A stretch of 63,963 bases of DNA, filler included, from Hyphochytrium catenoides (taxonomy: Eukaryota > Protista > Hyphochytriomycota), in assembly GCA_900088475.1 (NCBI GenBank). It is 14 parts of 14 records of this genome, joined end to end, with 100 filler letters (N's around TTAATTAATTAA, not from the genome) between each part and the next. Parts side by side here need not be neighbours in the genome. Positions count along the whole stretch, not along the records: positions 50,251 to 51,734 come from FLMG01000557.1; positions 51,835 to 58,211 come from FLMG01003589.1; positions 58,312 to 60,863 come from FLMG01004551.1; positions 60,964 to 62,009 come from FLMG01002425.1; 10 more parts are not named here. One strand, written 5' to 3'. Below the pieces are notes generated by a model. That model was given only the letters and a program-made list of their open reading frames with translations. It made no database searches and had not been told where the DNA came from. Shown piece after piece: positions 50,682 to 62,109 of this stretch. Both the position numbers and the translations under genes were made by a program. Each line of letters opens with the position of its first letter. Within the stretch, counting starts at the first letter, position 1.

Positions 50682-51834
50682 TTATCTCTGTCTATTCTCT
50701 ATTCTTTCTTGGCCTTTCTTGTCTTGCTTTCTTCATCTACAGCGATGAGGCAGAGAGAGTGAGAGAGAGAGTGTGAGAGAGAGAATGTGTGTGTGTGTGT
50801 GAGAGAGAGAGACAGAGAGTAAGTTGTACTAAAAACAGACAATAAGCAGTAGATCGTATAAGGAAGAAAGGTACCAACAAAGAGGCTAAAGCAGAAGAGT
50901 CCAAAGGCTAATAATGAAAGAGAAGGACAGGAGGAGGAGTAGGAACTTGCAGTGCCTTTGCCATCAGAAAGAGGAGAAAACAGGAGGAAGATGCCGTGCA
51001 GCTTCTGAGCTGTGGAAGACGAGAAGAAGAGAGAAAAGACATCTTCCCCTCTCCTATTCTCATGGTGGTCAGGTAGACCCAAGAAGAGAAAGGAGCTCTG
51101 GCAGAAGGAAGAAGCAAGTATAGGAAAAAGCAGGGAAAGAAGAGATGCAAGAGAAAGAGATTGAAGAGTACAGGCCGCGTGGTGGTTGGGAGAGAGAAGA
51201 GAAAAGAAAGGAAAAAGAGGAGAGGAGAGAGAAGAGAAGAGAATGAAAGGAATGACGAAGAAGAATGCCAAGAGGAGAAGGAGAGGAGGAGCGAGGGTGG
51301 TTAGAGCTGTCATCTATATTATGATCAGGAGAGAAAGGATCACGTGTGTGCCGCCTTCTTCTTCTCCTGCTGCAGCAGAGCCAGCAACAGAGAGATCTGG
51401 AGGATGAGGCGGAGCCTGAAAGGCTGCACAGCTCGCTGCTAAGGAGTGGCTGTGCCGTCTGCTTGGCTTGCGCATAGCGAAGAAGAGTTGAAGCTCAACT
51501 GACACCACGCGGGCGGAAGGAAGAAGAGCTAGTAGGTAGGGGCAAATGCTTGAGGAGAGAAGCGGCGGCGGTTAGATAGAGTCAGTGACACCGGAAGAGG
51601 AACAAAGTCGTAAGCTCAGAGAAAAGTATGTTTTGCTCACGAAGAAGAGAAGCTGCTTCTCCTCTCTCTCTGTCTGTCTCTCTCTGTCTGTCTCTCTGAG
51701 TGTCTCTCTCTCTCGCTTTCCTCTCTCTCTCTCTNNNNNNNNNNNNNNNNNNNNNNNNNNNNNNNNNNNNNNNNNNNNTTAATTAATTAANNNNNNNNNN
51801 NNNNNNNNNNNNNNNNNNNNNNNNNNNNNNNNNN

Positions 51835-52179
51835 AAGCGGAACAGTGGCGGGAGCTGTGAACTCTGTCTTTGTGACGCCCGTAGAGCTCATTAGAAACCA
51901 GCAGCAGGTCAGCAGAGAAATGGAAAAAGAGGGCCCGCCCGATAAGCGATCTTCAGAGAGAGAGAGTCTCTAAGAGCAAAACAGAGAAGGGGGAGGAAAG
52001 AGAGAGCAGAGAGAGAGAGAGAGAGGCGAAAGAGAGAAAAAGAGGGAGAGAGAAAGACAGAGAGAGAGAACTTGATCAGGCAGAGAACCTCACGAATAAA
52101 GCAAAGGAACGTTATCTCTGAAAAAGACATAGCGAGGGAGAATGACTAGCTTATGTGCGCAGAGTTAACGAAGAGAGAG

Positions 52180-52222
<43 letters not shown>

Positions 52223-52807
52223 GGGAGAGAGCGAGCGTGCGCGAAATAGGGACAGCCCTTCGGAGGCAGAGACCCTAATGACTGGGTAATAGGTTTTCAC
52301 CGTCCTTCGCATCTCTCTCGCTTAACATTCTCACGCTTTCTCCTCTCTTTTTTTCTCTCGTTCCCTCCGGCTCGCCCTTTCTTCAACATATTCTGCTGTC
52401 TCTCTTCCCTGTCTCTCCCTAGGTGGACTTCTCCAAACACTCTCGAGGCTCTGCTGGGAGTTTGAGTTCTCTCTCTCTCCTTCGCTCTTCTCTCCAAGAG
52501 GCTGGCGGGGTCTGGGGCCTGTGGAAGGGACTACCTGCGACGGTATATAGAGACTCACCAGGTGTAGCGTGCTGGTGGGCTTCCTTCCAGTATTCAAAAC
52601 AATGTGAGCATCTCTTTCCTTCTCTCTCTCTCTCTTTCTCTCTCTCTCTGTGTTGACTATCCTCTCCCTCAAAGCCTGGTACTCTTTCTCTGTCTCTTGG
52701 CCCTTCTCCCTCTCGTTTGTCATCCCAAACTGCCATCCTAGAAGTGGAAACCTTATAGACAATGTTCCCTAACTCTGATCTCCTACTTCTGTACTGGCTC
52801 TCTTTCC

Positions 52808-52843
<36 letters not shown>

Positions 52844-53202
52844 TGTCCCTTTCTCTCTTCTCGTTCTGTCTCCCCCCAATCTCTCCCTCTTTATATGTAG
52901 ATCTATGTCGCATCAGGGGAGAGGATCTGTCTCGACCTTCTTCTTTCTCTCTTCTCCTTTCGGGTGCCATAGGCGGCGTCGGCTTCTGGCTGTGGGCTCT
53001 TCCTTTCGACACCGTCAAGACTATCATTCAGACAGACAAAGAGAGAAAGTACACGTCTTTCTCTCTCTCTGCCCGTAGTATCGTTAGGGAATACGGAGTG
53101 TTACGGTTATTTAGAGGTTGGCAGGCAGCTTTCTTTAGAGGCATCCCCAGCGCCGCCGTGACCTTCTGGACCCATGCTAAGGTTAAGGAACTATTAGATT
53201 GA
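51835..53202 (+). CDS. Mitochondrial carrier family protein (carnitine/acylcarnitine or basic amino-acid carrier-like), 5' truncated
   Basis: Carrier signatures TPVELIRNQQQ, GLWKGLPATVYRDSPG, LPFDTVKTIIQ and LFRGWQAAFFRGIP, joined by GT-AG introns. Confidence 0.92.
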
Positions 53203-54094
53203 TCCGAGTCTCTTCCTGTACGTCTCTCTCTCTCTCTCTCTCTCACTCACTCTCTCTCTCTCTCTCTCTCTCTCACTCACTCTTTGTTGGAGAGATCACC
53301 TCTTCCTCCTTTTTCGCGCCTGCATCGTTTCCTTTCCGTCTCCTCTGTTCTTCCCTTTTTCTTTCTGTATGTTCTTCTTCCATAGGATTAGCTTCTTCTT
53401 TTCCTTCGGCCTATGAATGGAGAGAGAGAGAAGAAAGAGAGTTAGAGAGAGAGAGAAGCCAGCCTAAGAGAAATTGAGAGATTCTATGACTGTCTAGGGA
53501 AGGGAGTGATCGTTGGCGTATAGAAAAGAAAGTTTGGCATCATTTGACGTCTGATGAGGAAGGGAGAGACTCTTCTTCCAGCGTCGTCGAGACGCTTCAT
53601 CTGCTGCACTTTCTTCTTCTTCTTCAGTCTTCTCCTCTCCCATTGAGCCGCTGTCTCTTCTTCGGCGGAGCTTTTCAATGAAATAGTGGAAGGATTAGAG
53701 GCCTTCTCTCTTGCATCATCTCTTCTTTCTCCTTATTCCTCTCTCGTGCTGTGTTTCTTCTTAGTGCATAGTTAGAGCTTATTCCTCGCTTTCTGTTCCC
53801 ACTGAAGACTTCGCTCTCTGTCTTTTCAAAGATAAAGTAGAGGGAGAAGACAGTGAAGAGAGAGGAGAAAAGAGAGAGAAGAGACAGTAGAGAAAGAAAA
53901 AAGAAGAGAAGAAAGAAGAGAAAGGGGAGAAGCAAAGAGAAAAGAGAGAACAAGAGAGAAAGAAGAGAAAGGTTAGAGCGTGGGGAGAGATAGTGAAAGG
54001 AGAGGCTGATGCTTGCGGGCGCCAAAATAGGAGAGACGCGAGTTTATCTGCACAGGCAAAGCAACGACACTTCGAAAAGGAGCACCAGGAGCAG

Positions 54095-54356
54095 CCCGTC
54101 AAGCATCATTCTTCTTTCTTTCTTCCCTAAGTCTGCTTGAGACCGTCCAAAGGGAACGATGATGCAGGAGAGAGAGAGAGAGAGAGANNNNNNNNNNNNN
54201 NNNNNNNNNNNNNNNNNNNNNNNNNNNNNNNNNNNNNNNNNNNNNNNNNAGAGAAAGAAAGAGAGCGAAGAGGGGCACCAACCCGTCAGGCATCAATCTT
54301 CTTTCTTTCTTCTGTAAGTCTTTCTGCTTGAGGACCGTTCAGAGGGACGATAATGC
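54095..54356. repeat. Two diverged direct copies of a roughly 72-bp unit (54095-54165 and 54282-54356)
   Basis: CCCGTCARGCATCAWTCTTCTTTCTTTCTTC...TAAGTCT...GCTTGAG(G)ACCGTYCARAGGGRACGATRATGC is present twice, separated by (GA)n and an N gap. Confidence 0.75.
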
Positions 54357-55534
54357 GGGAGAGAAGGTTGGCTCGACAAGAGGAGGGCAAAGCAAAGAAC
54401 CGCTCAAAAGAGAGAGAGAGAGAGGGAAGTAAGAGAGAGAGAGAGAGAAGTAAGCGAGAGGGAGAAAGAAAAAGAGAGAGAGAGAAAGAGAAAGACATAG
54501 AGATGGATAGATAGGTGGTAAAGAGAAAGAGAGGGGACAGACAGAGAGACAAAAAGGGAGAGAGAAAGAGGCAGGGACGGAGAGAAAGCCGCTTTCTTTC
54601 TGTCTCTTCTTCAAGCGGCTCCGTCGTCAGAACCTGCGCGAGGTCCTGCTGCTGAGGGAGTGAGAGAATTTCTGCGCTGGACCACAGCATAGCTCTACCC
54701 CTCTTCTTTTTCCTTCAGACGTCCCGCTTCTTTCCCTTTTATGGCTCTCACTGTCTCTCCTCTTTTTCTCTCTCTTTGTTTTACTCCTTCCCTCTCTTGC
54801 TCTCGCTCTCTCCCCTCTCCTCTCTTTTACTCTCTCTGTGCCTCTCTCTCCCCTCCTTTTCGTTCTCTTCCATGGAAAAGCTCACCTATAACGTGTGCCT
54901 CTTTCTCTCTCTCTCTCTCTCGCTCTCACTTTAATCACTCACATTCTCTCTTCTTTTCTCTCTCTCTTTCTTCTCTCTCTCTCTCTTTCTTTCTTTCTCT
55001 CTCTCTCATTCTGAGATGCTAGGTAATCCGGCGTCGAACTCGACTTTTTTGTCACCTCATTTCCTATTCCGCTTTCTCTCTTCCACAGTCGCAAACGCTT
55101 TCTCAGTGGGAGAAGAAGGCAGAACCCTCTGTCTCCTTCCTTTTGTTTTTGTCTCTCGCGCTCTCTCTCTGTTCCTCATACATATCTATTAGCAGAGGTT
55201 TCCCTGTGTTCTCTTTCTTCCCTAGACAATGGTCGCTGGACTGTCAGGTCATGAGGACTCAATATTATGGTTTTAGTTAGATTATGAACATGAGAGAACC
55301 AAGAATGATAAAGAAAGGAGAGAAAAGAGAGAGAGAGAACAAGGAAGAGAGAGAGAGAGTGAGAGAGAGAAGAGAGAGGTATTGCCCCACGAAATAGTCT
55401 ACTAGGGATATAACATCAGTAGAGAGTCCTATTGTCTTTCTATGAGAGAAGTGTTCTTCTCTTGGCCATTTTCCATCCGGGATTGTCCGATTATTCTTTC
55501 TCTTCTGAGTCTTCTATTGGGGAAGAGAAAGGAG

Positions 55535-55574
<40 letters not shown>

Positions 55575-55625
55575 TCTCTATCTGTACTATTAGCAAATAA
55601 TCTCCACGTTGTCTCCTTCCTAGCG

Positions 55626-56846
55626 TCACATTGCTTTGCCCCTTTTTGATGGGTCTCTAGAAGAAGAATGTGGCGTCATCCGAGGCAGTCTACTGATCTT
55701 TCCTTTCTCTGTCCTTGAAGCCTGAGGTGGTGCCGACATGCTATACGGTGTGTGGCTACCAGGAGACAGAGAGGGATAAAGAGAGAGAGACAACGAGGAG
55801 ACAGATGATGACGGCAAAGCAGCCGCTCTAGGAGGAGGAGGAGCCATAGCAGAAGAGAAAGATGCAGGCAGAGATGAAGGCAACGAAGGCGAAGGGAGAG
55901 AAAGAGAAGAAAGAGAGAAAGAGTCCTGTCTTGTCACTGCAGCTAAGTCGGCTTGACACTGAGCATGCCCAAGACAGAGTGGTCCAACCTTAGCATAGCG
56001 ATTACACTGGGAAACCTTGCACTTTGGCGTCTCCATAGACGCTCCGTGGTCCGTACAGAGGCCTCTTCCTTTCTTCGCAGGAGCCGTGCAGCCTTCTTCA
56101 GAGCAACGATTGACCTTTGCTCCGTGCGCAATGCACACGCCATTCCGCACGGCACGCTTACTGCAGCCATCTACTTCGCAAGAGCGAACTAGTGCGCCAT
56201 GCCCCACGCAGACACGCCCTTGAACAGCTTTCTTGGTACATCCTTCCACGATACAAGGGCGCTTCTTGGCGCCGTGCGCGATGCAGACGCCGCCCTGCTG
56301 GACATACTTTTGGCAGAGAGGAACGCGGCATTTCTGCTTCTTTCTCTTGGCGTTGAGGTGGTTAGGAGAAGCCTGGCTGCTCTCTCCTTCTTCCTCGTCC
56401 TTCGATGAGGATCCTGGGCTGCTGCTAACGGGAACTTGAGGAGCGGGGCCATGGGGATGGAGAAGAAGAGGAGACGGAGAGAGTTTTCGCAGCGGAGGAG
56501 GAGAGAAGCTCTCTCTCTTTGCTGCGCCTGCTTTGGTCGCGCTCAATCTTTTCTTGCTAGCAGTCGCGCCGCCGCCAAGAGGTGGAGGCACAGCCACAAC
56601 TGAGACAAGAGGAGGAGGCTGAGACGAGGAGCTCCGCGCGCTTTCTCTCTTTACCGTCGCGTCTCTCTCTCCAAATCTCTCTCCTTCTCCGTTTTGATGA
56701 ACCAGCTGCCCTACTCGCATTTCTTTCGAGGTGGCGATACTTAGAGGAGGTAACAATGATGTCTCTCCTCTCTCTCTTCCCGGCATTGACCCGCCACAGG
56801 CCAAGGAAAAAGAGAGAAGGGGCCGCAAGATAGGGGCCAGAGACAC
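55626..56846 (-). CDS. Protein with five tandem Cx4C-x(8-10)-CxxH zinc-finger repeats (WRKY19-like repeat family), probable DNA-binding factor
   Basis: CRVPLC...GGVCIAHG, CIVEGC...RVCVGHG, CEVDGC...GVCIAHG, CSEEGC...GLCTDHG and CKVSQC...PLCLGH, preceded by a basic NLS (KRKKQK). Confidence 0.85.
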   Translation of the reverse strand: MSLAPILRPLLSFSLACGGSMPGRERGETSLLPPLSIATSKEMRVGQLVHQNGEGERFGERDATVKRESARSSSSQPPPLVSVVAVPPPLGGGATASKKRLSATKAGAAKRESFSPPPLRKLSPSPLLLHPHGPAPQVPVSSSPGSSSKDEEEGESSQASPNHLNAKRKKQKCRVPLCQKYVQQGGVCIAHGAKKRPCIVEGCTKKAVQGRVCVGHGALVRSCEVDGCSKRAVRNGVCIAHGAKVNRCSEEGCTAPAKKGRGLCTDHGASMETPKCKVSQCNRYAKVGPLCLGHAQCQADLAAVTRQDSFSLSSLSLPSPSLPSSLPASFSSAMAPPPPRAAALPSSSVSSLSLSLYPSLSPGSHTPYSMSAPPQASRTEKGKISRLPRMTPHSSSRDPSKRGKAM

Positions 56847-58311
56847 TGGAGAGCGAAAAGAAGAGTAGGACTCCAGCTTATTGATCTAATCAGGCGGTTG
56901 GACCGGGGGCTTTGAACGGCCCGGACCAGCCTTCTTCTCTCTGCCGGAAATTTCTCTCTCTCTCTCACTCCCTCTTCTTTCTATCCTTCTTATTTTAGAA
57001 GGAGAACACCCGTTTGCCACCCCTTCGGTCTGCTCCGGGATAGAGTCGAGACTTCGTTTGGGCCTTCCCTATCAGAAGCAACACTGGGATGAATAAAGAG
57101 AGAAGAGCTTGGGAGAGAAAGGGAAGAGATAGGTAGACAAGACAGCAAGATCGGCAAATAAGGGTAGAGAGAAATGAGAGGCTCTCTTGTGGATAAGGTG
57201 CGGCGAGACGCAGAGGCTTTCTACTTTGTCAGAAGAGAGCGCGAGAGAGAGAAGAGCGTGCAGACTGAAAGGCAGAGGGGCCGCGAGCGAAGAGAACCAC
57301 GTAGAAGTAAAGAGAGGGAGAGAACGCAATGTGGCGCCACCGTGCTGGGCCGGACGATAGGTAATATCCAATGACTTGAGAACTGAGAGAGAAAGAGAGA
57401 AAGAAGAGAGAGAAACAGGGAAGAGAATCTACCAACGTGGAGAGTGGGGCCCATCTGGAAAAAATAGGGGAGAGAAAACCGGAGTAACCCGTCCCAGGTA
57501 GATGTTTTACATGGGTAATTAAGACAGACGAGAGAGAGAGATATGAGAAGAGAAGAGAGAGAGAGAAACCCACACAGAGACAGAGAGAGAGAGACAGAGA
57601 GAGAGAGGAAAAAAAGTAGATGGGGAAGGGTCCAGCTTTGGTACTGAAAGTGCGCGAAGGGAAAGAGAGGTTACCTACCCCACCTTGGCTGACCGGTACT
57701 AGCTGCTGTGGCCAACAGTCGGAAACCACTCTTTCCCCTACTCTTTCTCTCTCCCTCTGTTTTTCCCAGTGTAAACCAATCACTCTGTCTCTCTTTCTTT
57801 CTCTCTCTCGCTCTTTTTTCATCCTTCCGGTTGTTCTGGCTACTGGTCTTTGTCAGCATGTTTGTTGCGTTGCTATCACATTCTCCGCGACCCTCAGGTC
57901 TGCCAGGGCGATTATGACCTGCAATGGTGCACAAAAAATAAGACCTCTCTTAGCCTCTCCCTTCTTCTCTCTCTCTCTCTTTTTTTTTCTCGGACGCTTT
58001 TCTTTGTCTCTTTCTCCCTCCTTCTCCCTCGTTATCTCTCTGTCTCTTTCTCTTTCTCTCTCTCTCTCTTTTTCTCTCTCTCTTTTTCTCTCTCTCTCTC
58101 TGCTGCCTCTCGGGTTTATTATCCCAACGCCTAATATAGGACTCCGACTTTCCTCCTTCTAGAATGCCATATGTCCGGAGAACATGGCAGGAGGCCACTC
58201 CGCAATAGGGTNNNNNNNNNNNNNNNNNNNNNNNNNNNNNNNNNNNNNNNNNNNNTTAATTAATTAANNNNNNNNNNNNNNNNNNNNNNNNNNNNNNNNN
58301 NNNNNNNNNNN

Positions 58312-60863
58312 TGTTAAGAAGAAAGACGGTTCTTTACGGCTGTGTGTGGACTATCGGGCGCTGAACGAGATCACGGTAAAGGATCGCTTCCCTCTTCCTC
58401 GTGTTGATGATCTATTGGACCGACTGGTAGGAGCCAAGGTTTTCTCCCACATTGACCTGAAGAAAGGTTATCATCAGTTCAGAGTACGAGAGAGAGATCG
58501 CTTTAAAACGGCTTTTGTTACCCGGTACGGTCAATTTGAATGGAATGTGCTACCATTCGGATTGTGCAACGCACCAGCAACATTCTCTCGTGGTATGCAT
58601 GAGGTCTTCAGAGATCTACTTGACTCATGCGTGGTCATCTTCTTGGATGATATTCTGGTCTACTCTAAGACAGAAGAGGAGCATGAGCAGCATCTACGAC
58701 TGGTGTTAGAAAAACTAAGACAGCACCAGCTGTATGCCAATCCAGAAAAGAGCAAATTCTTCCGCTCTGAGGTAGTATTTCTAGGGCACAAGATATCAGG
58801 AGAAGGCATTCAGGTGGACGAGAGCAAGACTAAAGCAATACAAGACTGGCCCATACCTCAGACAGTTACGGCAGTCAAAGCCTTCTTGGGACTTGCTTCT
58901 TACTATCGAAAGTTTGTGAGAAACTTCTCACACATTGCCGCACCACTTACGAATCTCACTAGTGTGAAAAAGAGATTCCAGTGGACTCCTGAGGCAGAGG
59001 CGGCTTTCCGCCGGCTCAAGGAAGCCCTGCAGCAGCCTCCCATTCTCCAACTCCCGGACCCCAATAGGCCTTTCTATCTCATGACAGACGCTTCGGAGTT
59101 TGCCATTGGAGCTGTACTCTTACAGGATCAAGGGCAGGGAATGAGGCCTTGTGCCTATCTATCAAGAAAGTTGCAGAATGCGGAGAAGAATTATGCAGCT
59201 TATGAGCGTGAGTGTCTGGCGATTATTCATGCTCTGAAGTCATGGTCAATTTACCTGGAGGGCCAACACTTCACTATCCTTACGGACCACAGCTCATTGC
59301 AATACCTGAAGTCGCAGCAACGATTGTCAAAGAGGCAAGCACGCTGGGTGGAGATATTGCAGGAGCATGACTACGAGATCCGGCACATCAAAGGAGTCAA
59401 CAATATTATAGCAGATGCTTTGTCTCGGCGACCGGACCACCAAGATCTGTCCAATCTCAGTATTTCTACTCTTACGGTTGATGCAGAAACACGGAAAAGG
59501 ATAGTGGAAGGCTACGGCAAGGACACCTACTTTGGTGAGGTGATTGCAGCGCTAAAGGAGAGGACAGGACAACACCGGCTGCAGCGCTTTGCTCTCCAAG
59601 ACCAGCTATTGTACTTTGTTGAGGATCCTGATCACCCAAGATTGTGCATACCGAGGGTTGATGATCTCAGAGCGAAGCTACTTCATGATCATCACGATGC
59701 CCCAACGGCAGGTCATCCTGGGCGAGATCGGACCTATTCTCTACTCTGTCGAAGCTATTTCTGGCCTAGAATGGCGAAGGATGTGGAAAGATATGTGAGG
59801 AGCTGCATCACTTGCCAACAAAGCAAGGCTAGGAACAGTAAATTGGCAGGACTTTTGCACCCTTTACCAGTGCCCAAGACCCGATGGAGCTCGATTACAA
59901 TGGACTTTGTCTTCGATCTTCCACCGTCTCCTGAAGGCTCTGACGGTATTTGGGTTATTCTAGATAGTCTGAGTAAGCAAGGGCACTTTGTGCCTGTTCG
60001 CAAAACGGATGGAGGAGAGGACATTGCTAAGGCTTACATGAGAAACATCTTTCCTCTACACGGCTTACCAGAAACTATCATCTCGGACAGGGACCCCAGG
60101 TTCATCGGCGATTTCTGGCAACAGCTACAGAAGGCTTGTGGAACCAGAGTGAAGCTCTCGACAGCCTATCACCCACAGACTGATGGGCAAAGTGAGAGAG
60201 CTATCAGAACGCTGATGGACACCCTCAGATGCTTCGCGACCTATGACCAATCGAACTGGGAGGCAGCTTTACCACTGGTGGAGTTTGCCTACAACAGCAC
60301 GAAGCATTCAGCGACGGGGTTCAGTCCTTTTTATCTCACTTACGGGTATGAGCCACGAGGAGTGGAGTGGCATCATACGAAAGACCAACTGACGGAGGTG
60401 ACCGACCATGCGGTGCGACGGTTTGTGGAGCACTTACAAACGGTCACTCTTCAAGCTAGAGAGCGGATACTGGAAACCCAGGAGAGACATGAGCGCTACG
60501 CTAACCAACGCCGTCGTATCGAAGTTTTCCAACCTGACGACTTGGTATGGCTATCTACAGAGCACATCAGAGATGATCTTAATCGTCTGCGGCCTAGGAG
60601 GAAGCTCATACCTAAATGGATTGGGCCCTACCTTATCGCACAGACTCTTCCTCATGATGTGTATCGTCTACGATTGCCAAAGACGCTCTCCAAAGTGCAT
60701 CCTGTCTTTCACGTGTCCCAGTTAAAGCGGTATCACTCGGGGCAGCGCTTTGATCAGGAAGAAGAGCCAGACAATGATGCGGACCAGTACAGCGGGGATA
60801 GGCCTTTTGTGGACCCTGACACAGGAGAGTTGGTATGGCACATTGAAGGCATCCTGGACAAGC
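58312..60863 (+). mobile_element. Ty3/gypsy chromovirus pol (RT, RNase H, integrase, start of chromodomain), uninterrupted ORF
   Basis: LRLCVDYRALN, LPFGLCNAPATF, FLDDIL; RNase H TDAS and ADALSR; integrase HHCC, MDF...SDRD...GQSE; GPY/F motif KWIGPY; WHIEGILDK chromodomain start. Confidence 0.97.
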
Positions 60864-61156
60864 NNNNNNNNNNNNNNNNNNNNNNNNNNNNNNNNNNNNN
60901 NNNNNNNTTAATTAATTAANNNNNNNNNNNNNNNNNNNNNNNNNNNNNNNNNNNNNNNNNNNNTCTGTCCGTAGCTTCTTCTCTCCTCGCCCGCTGCGGA
61001 GGATGGAACTTTGTGGACCCTTTTCCGGTTTTATGGAGACGCAAAGATGAGATAAACGAGAGGGAGAAGCATGACGGGGGCAAGGAAAGACGGTAATTAG
61101 TGGTGAGGGGCGCGCTGCGCCTGGAGAGAGAGAGAGACAAAGAGAGCGAGAGGGAG

Positions 61157-61206
<50 letters not shown>

Positions 61207-61291
61207 AGAGAGAGGAGGGAGCGAGGGAGCGAGCGAGCGAGCGAGAGGAATTGTGAAACTATAGCTTAGCAGCGGTCTCTTTCTCACTCAC

Positions 61292-61776
61292 GTCCAGACG
61301 TTAAGCGTGAATAATCGTCTCTCAGCTCCTTCAAAGATCGGCCGGACTCTGTGGCAATGACGCTGTTCCATCCCTTGTCTTGCTTCAGAGCTAACCATCG
61401 GCCAGTGAAAAATGGCATGTCAAACGCAGCGGTACAGGCAGGAAAGAGACGAAGAAAAAAAAGTTGTCTCTTTCTTGTTGACATCGATCTTTATGCTTTC
61501 CCTTCATCTCTTTGTCTCTCCTGTTATCTTACATCCTAGTCCTTCGAACCTCTATTGGCAGCTATCTCTAGAGGTCTTTCCTATCCTCTCTCTCTCTCTC
61601 TCTTTTGCTCCCGTTGTCTCTTCCTCTTCCCTTACCAGGGTTGATGCTCTGTTTCATATACAGCGCCAAGGCCGAAGGGTTAGTGAAGCTGACGCCCTCA
61701 TAGGAAATGTCGCCCTCGGGGCTGAGGTCAGCGAGGAGGCGGCTTCCATAGTAATCCACAAACAAGGCGCCTTTGC
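61292..61776 (-). CDS. RAMA-domain protein (MPND-type), two internal exons (61776-61636, 61390-61292)
   Basis: GKGALFVDYYGSRLLADLSPEGDISYEGVSFTNPSALALYMKQSINP|ALKQDKGWNSVIATESGRSLKELRDDY follows the RAMA pattern (Y.G...ADL..DG.I...F.SPSA.A...K..NP....GW.SV...G..L). Confidence 0.75.
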
Positions 61777-62109
61777 CTGGTAGGAAACAGAGAGAGGATA
61801 AAGAGAAAGGAAGGCAGAAACAGACAGAGCCAGAGAGAAACAATCGGGAAAGCAGATCGACAGGCGGCGGCGGATAGCAAATGCGTGAGATGAATGAACT
61901 CTGTACATTTAGCACGAAGTAGTGGAGAGCTATTGAAGAGTTAGAGCAAGCTACAGGCCACAAGGAGAGAAGCGCTGTGTGCGGTTATATGTGTGTGTGT
62001 GTGTGAGAGNNNNNNNNNNNNNNNNNNNNNNNNNNNNNNNNNNNNNNNNNNNNTTAATTAATTAANNNNNNNNNNNNNNNNNNNNNNNNNNNNNNNNNNN
62101 NNNNNNNNN

